Made by a program: the position numbers and the translations under genes. A stretch of 63,745 nt of DNA, counting the filler, from Octopus bimaculoides (taxonomy: Eukaryota), in NCBI RefSeq assembly GCF_001194135.2. It is 7 parts of 5 records of this genome, joined end to end, with 100 filler letters (N's around TTAATTAATTAA, not from the genome) between each part and the next. Parts side by side here need not be neighbours in the genome. Positions count along the whole stretch, not along the records: positions 1 to 23,532 come from NC_069004.1; 6 more parts are not named here. The stretch is one strand, 5' to 3'. The notes under the pieces were generated by a model, which was not told the origin of the DNA, did no database searches, and was given only the letters and a program-made list of their open reading frames with translations. Positions 1-12,800 of this stretch are shown here, one piece after another; within the stretch, counting starts at the first letter, position 1; each line of letters begins with the position of its first letter.

Positions 1-330
1 TTCGATTCCCAGACCGGGCATTGTGAGTGTTTATTGAGCGAAAACACCTAAAGCTCCACGAGGCTCCAGCAGGGGATGGTGGCGAACCCTGCTGTACTCT
101 TTCACCACAACTTTCTCTCACTCTTTCTTCCTGTTTCTGTTGTGCCTGTAATTCAAAGGGTCAGCCTTGTCAAACTGTGTCACGCTGAATATCCCCGAGA
201 ACTACGTTAAGGGTACACGTGTCTGTGGAGTGCTCAGCCACTTGCACGTTAATTTCACGAGCAGGCTGTTCCGTTGATCGGATCAACTGGAACCCTCGAC
301 GTCGTAAGCGACGGAATGCCAACAACACAA
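1..330 (+). mobile_element. tRNA-derived SINE, head A + tail X (5' end cut by window edge)
   Basis: Near-identical to the copies at 47161-47535 and 59147-59530; (AAC)n tail. Confidence 0.9.
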
Positions 331-785
331 TGTTTATGTGCAGATTTGTGTTTTATGTATGCCTTGCATATCTAGACATGCTCATATATACTTAAATGAT
401 ATACTTCTGGAAAGTTTTACATATTTTTACAGTTCCAGTGATGGCTTGGATCTGTAGTCTTTGAATTAGTTTTCTCCTTCCTATTTTTGAGAAGCCTAAT
501 TTCTCAAGAATGGCATTTAGGCAGTGCTCCAATGTATGCATGGTATATCCCAATACCCCAATGTATGTATATGTGCATGTACGTATATATGTATGTGTGT
601 GTGTCTGGAAAGAATTTTTCTATACACACCCATACAATTTCATTTTTGCATTTGTTTTTGCAATATTCTTGACACGAAAACACGTGTTGAAACACATTCT
701 ATCTTGGAAGGGTCATAATGCCAATGATAAACACATGCACTGATTCTATTTCACTATATATTATTATCATTAGTTAAACTAGTTA

Positions 786-995
786 AGGTGGCGAGCTGGC
801 AGAACTGTTGGCATGCTGGACAAACTGTTTAGGAGTATTTTGTCTGTCTGTACATTCTGAGTTCAAATTCTGCTGAGGCCAACTTGGCCTTTCATCCTTG
901 CAGGGTCAATAAAATACCAGTTGATCACTGGAGTCGGTGTAATTGACTTACCCATCCCCTGAAATTGCTGGCCTTGTGCCAAAATTTGAAATCAG
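786..995 (+). mobile_element. SINE family C (Nin/Deu-domain-like, GCCTTTCATCCTTTCGGGGTCGATAAA core), CpG-decayed copy
   Basis: Homologous to the intact copy at 33624-33835. Confidence 0.85.
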
Positions 996-1392
996 TATAT
1001 TATTGGCATCTTACTGGCAATTAACAATACAAAGTTCATGTGCTGTCTAGTACAAGACTGACTTGTTCATTCAAACACAACATATTACTGAAGGAATAAA
1101 AAATAAAAATCACTCACAGCAGGGGGTGAACTCAAAACATATTGGCATGAAATTAAATATTATGAGGTAGTTGATTACAGTGGATTAATATTTCTGTCAA
1201 CTTGGTGCTGTTTGGGATTTTAAAATCATTAAGGGAAAGAGTAGAGAGTGAGAAAGAGAGAGAATGAGATGAAAGTCAGTGATATTAAAGAAGAGAGAGA
1301 AAGAAATATACAGATATATAATACAAATGTATGTGTATGTATGTACATATACATATGTATTTACATATGTATATACATACATATATGTATGT

Positions 1393-1805
1393 AGGTGCAG
1401 GCATGGCTGTGCAGTAAGAAGTTTGCTTCCCAACCACATGGTTCTGGGTTCAGTCCCACTGAGTGGCATATTGGGCAAGTGTCTTCTGCAATAGCCTCGG
1501 GCCAAACAAAGCCTTGTGAGTGGACTTGGTAGAGAGAAAATGAAAGAGACCCATTGTGTATATATACATCTGTATTTATGTGTGTGTGTGTGTGTTTGTT
1601 TCCCAGCCATCATTTGACAACCGATGCTGGTGAGTTTAAGTTCCCATAACCTAGCAGATTGGCAAAAGAGATTGATAGAATAAGTACTAGGTTTACAAAA
1701 GATGAAACCTGGGGTCGATTTCTTCAACTAAAACCCTTTGAGGCAGTGCTCCAGTATGGCCACAGTCAAGTGACTGAAACAAGTAAAAGAATAAAAGAAA
1801 GAAAT
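1393..1805 (+). mobile_element. SINE family D (tRNA-like head, internal TA/TG microsatellite, GTAAAAGA tail), CpG-decayed
   Basis: Homologous to 48587-49020. Other copies or fragments: 3600-3800(-), 4625-4760(+), 5645-5725(-), 11460-11810(+), 15660-16250(-), 17990-18310(-), 34684-34822(-), 38975-39064(+), 44505-44720(-), 45425-45600(-), 58455-58760(+), 60385-61105(-), 61730-61975(+). Confidence 0.85.
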
Positions 1806-1814
1806 ATATATATA

Positions 1815-2990
1815 TTAGGGCGCTGGGCAAGTAATTGCGTTTTACCAGAAAGGATATAAAAATAAATGTAGTCTATGTTTATTTGAATAGCTTTAATCAA
1901 GAATGTAATCACCGTTGTTTTTAACAACTGCAGCCCAATGGGAAAGTAACATTTTCATGCCATGTTCAAAGAAACCTATCTCTTTTCCTGACAAAAAAGT
2001 CTGAAAGACTCTTTTCAATTTCCTCTCTGTTTCTGAATGTTTTGCCACTTACAAAATGTTCTAGTGATTAGAACAGATGGAAATCCATCGGTGCTGAGTT
2101 AGGTGAGTATGGAGAATGTAGAAGAACTTCTCATCCTAATGATCTTATTTTTTCTTGGGTTTGTTTTGAAGAGTGTGGCCAAGCATTGTCATGCTGGAGA
2201 ATAACAACTTTACTGTTTCCCAAAGCTGGCCATTTTCAACATAATTTTTCATTTACATGATCAAGCTTTTGGCAGTAGACATCTGCATTGATGGTTCTTC
2301 CATATTCCAGTAGCTTGTAATGGATGATATCTTTCATGTTCCACCAAACACAGATCAAAGATGTTCGTGGATGGAGTTCTGGTTTTGGTTTTGGTACTGG
2401 CCTCTCATTACATGATAATCATTGTTCTTTTTTTTGTTTTCTGTTGTAATATAAAACTCATTTTTCATCACCTGCAACAATGCGCTGCAAAAATGACAGG
2501 CTGTTATTCCTGGTTAGAGGACTACTGCAGATGGTGGTATGTTGTGTTCAGTTCTCAAGTGTAAGCTCATGTGGAACCTAAATTCCCTCTGCATGTTTTC
2601 CCAATTTGTTTGAAATGCTCATGGATAGTTTAACATGACACATCAAATTTTTGTGCCAAATTTCTGGTTCTTTGATGTGGATCTGATACAGTAGTCTCAT
2701 TCAAAAGGTCATCTTTCAGAGTGGGCTGTCTTCTAGAGCGAGGCTTGTCAGATATGTTACAATCACCATCTTTAAACCTTTTAAATCACAGTCGACGCGG
2801 ACGAGCTGTCACTGCATCCGGATAGACTTCAAAAATATTTTTCATAGCTTCTTTAGCAGTACTGGTTATTCAAAGACATTTATAGATTGTAAATTTATTC
2901 TGTCCAGTTACCTATCGGTATAGTGGTCACTTGCAAACTCCAGAGGTGACACTTTCATTTCCCCTTAGCTCTCACGTCACACAGTCGTTA
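1815..2990 (-). mobile_element. Decayed mariner (DD34D) transposon
   Basis: TA + TTAGGGCGCTGGGCAAGTAATTGCGTTTT (mariner-type TIR) at 1813. Minus-strand translation gives HTH, VPHEL, AGDEK, CVWWN, HDNAWPH, YSPNSAPMD with 34 residues between the last two Asp; multiple stops. Confidence 0.88.
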
Positions 2991-3582
2991 ATGTTTATTT
3001 GAGTAGGGTCACGCCCTTCCAATTGCTATAGATCTATAATACATCTTACGGCTGTGCCTGTCACCTGTATGGTGAGGAATTCTACATCGGGGAGTAGTAA
3101 CGACTAGGGTAGGGTAGCTGACTGCTTATTGTGATCATTCGCCTTTTGCTCTCTTTTACAAACCCAGTGAACATACATATGTTTCTTATTTCAAAGAAAT
3201 TCGAACAATAGTTATAAGACCCAAGTTAAAAAGATTCTCAACAATTCAACTTCTCTGGTCGACATTAAGACACCCACCCCCAATAGGGGCCTTAACTCTC
3301 ACATTTTAGAGCTCCATGACCTCCATTTTTCAGGGGCAAAATCCTTTTAACAGGTTCCATAAGATTGGAATTTTGGAATCTGTGCATAAAGACCAGTAGT
3401 ATGGGATACATGTGTCATGATTAGAATTTTTTTAGGGTGTGTAAAGAGGGAAAGAACCCTCATCTGCAATTTTGATGAAATTCGAATCATAAGTATTCCA
3501 GTTCATTAGAGAAAATATAACAGAAAAGTCTAATTCTTCCATTGCATGTAACACGGGCAACAACGGGTATCTCTACTAGTAA

Positions 3583-3615
<33 letters not shown>

Positions 3616-4913
3616 TACATACATACATATACATGACAGGCTTCTTTCAGTTTCTGTCTACCAAATCCACTCACACTCACAAGACTTTGATCAGCCCGAG
3701 GTTGTAGTAGAAGACACTTGCCCAAGTTGCCACACAGTGGGACTGAACCTAGAACCATGTGGTTGGGAAGCAAGCACCTTACCACACAGTCACGCCTGCA
3801 CTTATATGTTTCAAAAATCCTATTATATTTTTATAATTAAATATTATTAGGAATTGTATATAAAAATAATTATTAAAATATTTTGTATATTGTAGAAGTA
3901 TAACCAATTTTATTGCACATAAACTTCAACATCAAAATCCTATACGGACCCCTCCAAGGATCATGTGAATCTCAATTAAGAATTACTGGTCTAACGAGAA
4001 CAGCTTCTATCATTTACAGATTTCTGATGTTCCATTCTGTGGTTCTAATGTTGACATTGATAATCTGAGTACAGCTTTTTCCTGGATGCCTTTCAAAGCT
4101 ATAAATGTCAAATGTGAACTGATGTATTGTCTTTTTGTTATGTATATTTCCCGTTAGGCTTTTACAAAAGACACATGAAATGTGTGTGTCCTATCAATCT
4201 CGAAAGGATTAAGACTCATGACCTGATACAGTAATTTAACATAAGTTGCGTTTAATGGTCCACAAGAGTATTTAAATCTTTATGATTTGGACAGCCAATT
4301 AATGCAATATAACATTTTAATTAATGTTACTTAATGTGATTGTGTTCATCATCATCATCATCATCATTGTTTTAACGTCCACTTTTCCATACTTGCATGA
4401 GTTGAACAGAATTTGTGGAAGTGAATTTTCTATGGCTGGATGCCCTTCCTATTACCAACCCTCACCTGTTTCTAAGTAATGTAATATTTCCTCATGACCA
4501 GACATGTTTTTACAGAATACTGGAAACGTTTTCATAGAATACTGGACACTACTTGGAAGATGGTGACATTTATTTACAACCATCATGTGATATCAAGACA
4601 AGGACACACACCTACCCACACATGTATGTATTATATATTACATGCTTGCTTCCCAACCACATGGTTCTTCTACTATAGTCTCAGCCTGATTAAAGCTTTG
4701 CAAGTGGATTTGGTAGACGGAAACTCAAAGAAGCCTGTTGCGTGTATATATATATATATATNNNNNNNNNNNNNNNNNNNNNNNNNNNNNNNNNNNNNNN
4801 NNNNNNNNNNNNNNNNNNNNNNNNNNNNNNNNNNNNNNNNNNNNNNNNNNNNNNNNNNNNNNNNNNNNNNNNNNNNNNNNNNNNACACACACACACACAC
4901 ATATATATACATA

Positions 4914-5615
4914 CAGAGTGCAATGGGTAAATTGTTGCCATTTTATATTTTTAATTTTGCGCATTGTTTGTTTTAGATTTTGTTGACTACACAGTGTAGT
5001 AGGGTCAGTTGGGCACCGTCTGTGAGAAAAACAGAACCATAACGCAATTCACTCTGCCAGAAATTTGGAAACAACATGTAATACTGCTTGGCATTTGTGC
5101 TGAAAGCTCCAATACAAATATTTCAGAGTGTTTGGGTGTCAATCTGAGGACAGAACATGTACCGAGAGTGATAAAAGTCAAACATCTAGTCAACATCATG
5201 GTGTTTGGAGTGATCACTAGTGATGATGACGTTATGTCTCCATTCATCTTCCCACACGGTCTTAGACTCAACATGGAGCCTACATCAAATGCCTGGAGGA
5301 GGTAGTGCTACCCTGAGTCAAGAGGGTGGCTGCTGGAAGAACCTATGTCTGGCAACAGGACTCTGCACAATGCTACACAAGTAGGAGAACTCAGTCATGG
5401 CTGTCAGACAATTTCTGTGACCACATCACCCTTAACATCTGGTCACCTAACTCCCCAGACTGCAGCCCCCTTGATTATTATGTGTGGAGTGCAGTTGAGC
5501 AAGAGACCAACAAAACTCCTTGTAACACTAAAGATGAACTGAAGGCAAGGACTATGGCAGCATTCACCAACTTAAACAAGGAGACCGTCCAGAAGAGTTG
5601 CAGGAGATTTCAAAG

Positions 5616-5617
<2 letters not shown>
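4914..5617 (+). mobile_element. Internally deleted maT-type (DD37D) Tc1/mariner element
   Basis: TA-CAGAGTGC terminus at 4912. HTH fragment joined to IMVFGVITSD; WQQDSA...WSPNSPDCSPLDYYVW with 37 residues between Asp2 and Asp3; frameshift near 5280 and stop near 5313. Confidence 0.88.
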
Positions 5618-5654
<37 letters not shown>

Positions 5655-6698
5655 TGAGGTGTCATGCAGTGACCAAACCTGAAACCTTGTGGTTGGAAAG
5701 CAGCTTCTTACCACACAGCCTCTTCCGCATTTCACTTTGTCTCCTGACACTATAATAGTTTATCATTCTCACTGTGGAGGGAAGAACACAGGAATAATCC
5801 ACTGGAATGATCAACAAGCATTACCTAATGACATGATCCACTAGTAAGTTCCAATTTTTGGCTTCAGTATGATCTGTGTTGCAATGAAATTGAATTCTTG
5901 AGATTTAATCATAAATTGAAAGTTTTAAGGAGAGCCATTTGGCTCAAAGATTTCGATTGGTGTAAGGATGTCGACTGCTGCTATCAAAAGAACAAGAGAG
6001 TCTCAAAGAAGGCTTATTTCAAACTTGAGAACAGTTTTACCATAAAAGTATTACAACTTTGAGAATAAACAATAGAATTGGTAGCTATATGGCAACTACA
6101 GAATTTCAGGATGCACCAAATCTTCAGGTTGTCTTTGCAAAATGCAGTAATAGTTATATTATTTGAAGCATGGAGAATGCTTATATGCTTAATAACTGAG
6201 ACAAGAAACTTCAAAGAAACATCAATGCTTACCACTGACTCTCAACAAGATCTTTCATTATATTCTGCTTTATTCTGGTAGTGCAGATGCCCAGCAAATT
6301 AGACCAGTGGTAAACAATGGTTAGTCCACATTACTTGGTAAGGATCAAAAGGCTGGTTTCCTGGTTTTTCTGGTGTATATATTCCACCCTTGAAGGGATG
6401 TCAATCTGTCATAGGATTACTCAGTTTTACTATCTGAATGGACTGAAGCAACATGAAATGAAGTGCTTTGCTCAAGGACACAATGAATCGTCCAGTCCAG
6501 AAATTGAAACCGCAATCTTATGATCACAAGTCCAACACCCTAACTACTGAGCCATGCACCTCAACAAGTCAAAAACAATAAAGAAACAATTTGCAGATAA
6601 TCTTCAGTCAATATTCAATACATTTCTTTAATCTGTGAGAGTTAGAATTAAATAAATATTTACATTGTGTACGCTTGTGTAGTTAACTTATAATCTTG

Positions 6699-6832
6699 TC
6701 ACTCCACGGTTGATGGAACAGTCAATTCATATTCAATATTTAGGTTAGCATCTGTTAAGTTATCTTTCACCATTTTCTCAACTCTTCGACTGAAAAATGG
6801 TGTTAAATAATGCTTCCAATCTCCAACTTTAC
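6699..6832 (-). CDS. SULT coding exon 6 (GKVGDWKHYLTPFFSRRVEKMVKDNLTDANLNIEYELTVPSTVE*)
   Basis: Not in the ORF track. Acceptor atttgcag|GT; GxxGDWK motif; stop TGA at 6701-6699; candidate ATTAAA polyA signal at 6632-6627. Confidence 0.93.
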
Positions 6833-9800
6833 CTGCAAATATAAAAGAAATAAACATGAGGCAAGGTAGGAAAAACACTCAACCTGTGACAAATAACAGC
6901 CAAACCTTACTCAAGTTACATCCCATTCATTCATCTTCTCTGCCCACAATTCCTGGGATGGCTGTGTGGGTAGAGTCTTCAGGCACTTCCTCTAGAAGGT
7001 CCTCTCAGAAGCAACCATCATTACGCTTTCTGACTGGAATCCCAAGCACAACCAACTGAGACTATGGATATTACCGAACTGTTTCATTCATGGTCTACCC
7101 CTGAGGTCTCCTACTGATTGGCTTGCCTTGAAGAATTCGTCTTGTGATTCTTTCTTGCAACATTCTAATCACATGCCCAATGTTTTCTCACTGCAGAGAA
7201 GTAAAAGCTCAATTTGGAGAGACTCCCTGATCTCTGGTTTATGCACCCTGTTGAACAATATTACTTGTTTGGCGGAACCCCCATCTTGGACACTTGTATT
7301 CCTGATAGAATGCAAGAGGCTGAATTGAATGCTAGAACTGCAGGTTCTGGCAGAGTAATGTACCATCTCAAGCATTTGGATTTCACCTCAGAAGAGGTGA
7401 AGTTAGCATAAAAAGCCAACCTCGCTATTTTCATTTTGGTTTTCATGCCTATCATCACGTATGTGCAGGCAAAAAAAATTATTATTATTATTAAGGTGGC
7501 AAGCTGGTAGAATCTTTAGCATATCAGGCAAAATGCTTAGCAGCATTTCATCTCACTATGTTCTGAGTTCAAATTCCACTGAGGTCGACTTGGCCTTTCA
7601 TCCTTTTGGGGTTACTAAAGCAAATACCAGTTGATCACTGGGGTCAATGCAATCAATTTACCCCTCACTTGAAGTCGCTTGCCTTATGCCAAAATTTGAA
7701 ATCATTATTATTTCATTTCCTTTTTGTTCTTCAAGTCATGATATTATAGCAGATATCATTTCTAGTGACAACACGGTCATATCCACGCAAATGTTGGGTA
7801 ATGACTGAAACAATACAATCATGAATACAGGCAGCCAAAATGGGGTTCCTTTTAAGGGTCTCTGGAGTAATGTTACTTGACAGGGTGCATAGCTCAGCAA
7901 TCAGGGAGTTTCTACAGATCAAGCCACTACTTCTCTGCACCGAGATGTCACAGCTCCAGTCCTATGGACATGTAATTAGAATGTCACAGGAAAGAATTGC
8001 AAAGAGACCAAGAATGAAATGGTTGGATTACATCCACAGCTTCAGTTGGTCACACTTGGGAATCCAGCAAGAAAGTGTTATAACAGTTGCTTCAGATAGG
8101 ACCCTAGAGAGGAGATACATGAGGACTCTACCTCAACAGCTCTCCCAGGAATAGTCGGTGGAGAAGATTGATGGATGGAGAAATCATAGTCTTTCTTTAT
8201 TCCTTAGTAGCTTAAAAGCTGCACGCTGGGCGGACTTTTAAGCTAGCTCCTGTAGAGGGCTAATTGGGCTTGTGGCCCAGAACTAAAGAGAGCAAGAGCA
8301 TTTATTGGTACCCTACCAATATGGTATTACTTTAAATTCAGTTTAAATGAAAGACTTGTAAGTTCAGAAATTTTGGGAGTTCTTTTAAAATTTGAATTTT
8401 CACCTGTTAGCATATAACAAATCCTCATCTAGACCTGATCCCAATGGTGGATGTACAAGAACCTAATGAAGGGCATTTTCAATTCCAGGATCATCTTGGT
8501 TCCAAAAAGGTATATTATGTCTTTGTAGAGCAAATGTAGACTGAAATACAGGAGACCCGGATGGACGGACAGACAGAATATTTTTTTATGTTTATTATTA
8601 TAGATTTCTGTTCCTAGTGAAGGCACATGGTCTGGTGGTTAGTATGTTGCACAGATAATCACCAGATTGTGGGTTTGATTCCTGGACTGGGTGGCATATT
8701 GTGCTCTTGGGCAAAGCATATTTCATTTCATGTTGCTCTAGTGCTGTGCAGGAACCAGCATGCCAAAGAATAGACCCAACATTTCCTTTGCGTGTCATGA
8801 AAAGTGACTAAAAGAGGTTGATATAGGATTTGTACTCCAACCCCATAAAAGCCTCACCAGCAACGACTACTCAAACAGACCTATAGGTTGGTGAGTTGTC
8901 AGCTGAGTGGTGTAAAGCCATAATCTGTCAGGAGTAGTAGGGAATCACCAACACATGGTGGATGCAGCAATGTGCTGTTACAGTACATGCCCCTATATTA
9001 CAATTAGCTATGCTGCACAAAGAGCTGTTCTTGGATAGTTCTAGTGGTCAGGGCCTATAAAAAGGGTTTTCAGCTGGTACACCGATTGGTGCAGACATAT
9101 AGAAACAATCACATGCATGCACACACACTCACATGGAGAATGCTTGGGAGAAGGAGAGTCTTCCCAGTGTGGACCCAACAGAGTGATCAGCCATTTCAAA
9201 GCACAGTAGTATGAGAGAGAAAGCAAATATCTAATATGGTAGGATACAGCTGAATCTTCTGTAGAGTCAATGAGGTTGTACAGGAAGGTGCCATACCCAA
9301 TGACTGGCACAGTAGCATTATAGCCAACTGTTACAAGGGGACACAAGAGTGACAAGATCATGACAGTTACAGAGAGAACTTTAGGTTAATTATTTAGGAA
9401 GAGAAATAGACCAAATGAAATGCAGTTCAGTTTTGTGTCACAGAGAAGTACTTTTGATGCTCTTTCCCCAGTGAGACGGCTATAGAAGTATTTAGTTAAA
9501 AGTAAGCTACTGTCTTATTTGTCAACCCAAAGAAGGCCTCTGACAGGGTATATGTGAACAATGGAGTGCAGATTGTAGTGAATGGTGAACAAGAGTTGAG
9601 GAGGGGGTCAATGGTAAATACGAGTTGGGTAAGAGGAGGTGATGGCTGGCAGTACAGAAAGGGTGGAGAGTAACAAAATAAGGACAAAATAGAAAACAGG
9701 TGAAGGATGAGAGACAAGATGATGCATGGGGTAGGTAAAAGTTGCAAGAGTGTGGATATGTAAACTATGTTGATGTTATTGATGATGGTGGTGGTAATAG

Positions 9801-12800
9801 TGGTGGTGATGATGATGTAGAAGACGACAATGTTTTTACTCACCTTGCCGAAGAAATTGTGTCTGGGTTTGATCTCGGATCCCATAGCCGTCCCACCACG
9901 AGTAGTTGACACTTTTATTCTGGCGCATATTCTTAAACAGACATCTCTGGCAAATAGTCAACAATTGTTCCGGTGTTAACTCCTTACCAAGAAATTTGGC
10001 AATACGCTGCACATTTCCAGCAAGATCCTGCCAAATAACAAACAAAACTTCTATTATTGGTACTTAATTTATCGACCCAGAAAGGATGAAAGGCAGAGTT
10101 GATCTCAGCAGAATTTGAACTCAGAATGTAAAGACGAATGAAATGTTGCTAAGCGTTTTGTCCGGCATGCTAACTATTCTGCCAGCTCACCACTTGATAT
10201 GCAAACATACTAAAATGATACAGTAATACCTTAGTTTACAAGGACATACTTTACAAGACACCAGGTTTACGAGTTTTATTTTTCAAGCACTAAATCCAGA
10301 TTTTGAACATAGTGCAAAAGTTTCTACTACCATAACAAATGCTTCTGCATGTTACCCAGAAATTTATAGAGAGCAAGAAAACGTTTCTTCAAAGCAAACA
10401 ACTTTAGACTTGTTTTTTAAAAAGAAATCTACAAGTCTGTCTATGAGTGCTTGTGAATCAGCAATTGCATCTGCAAGTCTAGTGTGCAAGTCTAGTGAGA
10501 GTGAAAGTGATTCAGAAAATGATTATAATAATATTATTTTTTATTATAAATGATCTTGATATTCTTTTTACTTTACATAAAATATTCTTTACATTCTACT
10601 GTTGTTTTATTGCCATTTATTTATGAATATTATAAATTTTGTAAAATATTTTTCTGGGAACAAATTACGATTTATAACATAGCTACTATGAAAAATTATT
10701 GCTCTGCTCTATGAATTTTCGCTTACAAGCGGACTCCAGGAACAAATTAACTCGTATATCGATGTATTACTGTATATTGGTTATTGATCCATTCTGAATA
10801 TACCCAAATTGGCATGTAGGATTTGAACGCATGTCCAAGCCGTTCTCTTCATGACTTTGAAATAAAAATACGAAAGCCAGAGAAGGAAGAAAAGAAAGAT
10901 AAAAAGACATTTTATTGACCTCGAAAGGATGAAAAGCAAAGTCGACCTTGGCAGAACATGAACTCAGAACATAAAGACGAATGAAATGCCGCTAAGCATT
11001 TTGCCTGGCCTGCTAACAATTCTGCATCTACACTCCTGAAAGAGCTGGTCAGAAATTGAACATCATCTAGATGTGTTTGCATGCAACCAATAGAAGTGTT
11101 CTGATGTTTCTAATAAAACTTTGTTTGCCTATATTTTCTAGTAAACTCTACTAAATTATTCTTACTTTTCATTTTTTTCTGAATTTTTCAAATTGTAATG
11201 ATAATTTATGAACACAAATGGATTAGTCTATATAACGTTCTTTTTTTCAAGCATCCTTTCCCCCATATAAGCCTCATTCACTCATATAAGACCCATTAAC
11301 CCATATAATTTCCCCATTCATTAGTGTAATACCCTATCATCCTCATAACTCCCCCACTCATATCTCATAATTCTTCTATTCTCCCATGTAAATTGTAAGT
11401 CTCATTCACCTAAGGGCAAACAAGTAAATACCCTTCTCTCATCAAGTTATCATAAAGCTGCCAGCAACGAACGGAAACTGAAAGAAGCCTGTTGCGTATA
11501 TGTGTATGTATGTATATATATAACCACCTGTCTTCGTCTGTTGTTTTTTCGTGAATTCTCCCTATATATATATATATATATATATATAAATATACATTTA
11601 GATGTGCGTATCTGTGTTTGTCCCCCATCACTTAACAACTAGTGTTGGTGTATTTACATCCCTGTAACTTAGTGGTTTGGCAAAAGAGACCAATAAAATA
11701 AGTTCTGGAGTCAATTTATTCAATTTAAAGGCGGTGTCCCAGCATGGCCACAATCAAATGACTGAAACAAGTAAAAATGAAAAAGATAAAAGAACTGCTC
11801 ATTGGTTCACAAACAGTAAATCTGAAAAAAATTTTGGGGGAAAAAAAGCATTTCAGCTGCCCCACACGAGGGTCTTGTCACAGGCCCCTACCCTACATAT
11901 TCACTAGTTGCTGACCCCTGCCCTACAGTCATAATTAAGAAAAGAAAGTATTGGATAATGTCGTGCTGGAAAGTCTACTTGATCAGGGTTTACATGGAGC
12001 TAAGGAACAACAGCAACAACAATAACTCCCATTATTATAGTGTTATATTGCAAGAGCTACATATCTGCTCTTGATTTCAGTTGTGGTCTTTTATACCCAG
12101 GTACTCTCTCTGCTTATTTATGCTCTGCCTCTCATACTCATCTAACTGAATATGCTTACCTTATTTCTCTTTGGCCTTTGCAGAGGTTCTTCTAATTTAT
12201 CACCAGCTTCCATAGAGATTCTCCTCTAATATTAAGAACTACATAAAAATAAACAGAAGCAAAAAAAAAAAAAAAAAAAAACTTACCTTATGTAAATCTT
12301 CATACTGAACAATGAGGATGTTATGATGTTGTTGGTTCAAATCCACAGCAGTTCTCACATGTTTACCCCATGGGGAATAATACACTGCAATCAGAAATAA
12401 ACAGGACTTTTGAGATGGTAAAGGTATGGTTTGAAGGCAATTTTAGCTGCTTTTTTAGAGTGGCACTCTGCCAGTTACTATGACAAGCGTTCCAGTTGAT
12501 CTGATCAATGGAATAGCCTGCTCATGAAATTAACATCCAAGTGGCTAAGCACTCTGTAAACATGTATAACCTTAATGCAGTTCTCAGAGAAATTCAGCAA
12601 GATACAGAATGTAACAAGGTTGGTCCTTTGAATTACAGGTATTATTCATTTTTATCAGCTGATTAGATTGGAGCAATATGAAATAAAATGTCTTGCTCAA
12701 GGATACAATGCACCAGCAGGTATTGAACTCAGGAGCTTACGATCGTGAGCCAAAGACCCTAAACACTAAGCTATGCGCATGTCAAATAGGACACTGCTGG

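Noticed and set aside
3020-3130. Possible GIY-YIG relic (C..YGEEFYIGE) and possible Helitron 5' end at ~52703
   Set aside because: Matches are too short and degenerate to call without a profile search.
9496-9912. 138-aa minus-strand ORF with poly-Thr/Ile and hydrophobic stretches
   Set aside because: An out-of-frame read through exon 5 into low-complexity pyrimidine-rich intron DNA.
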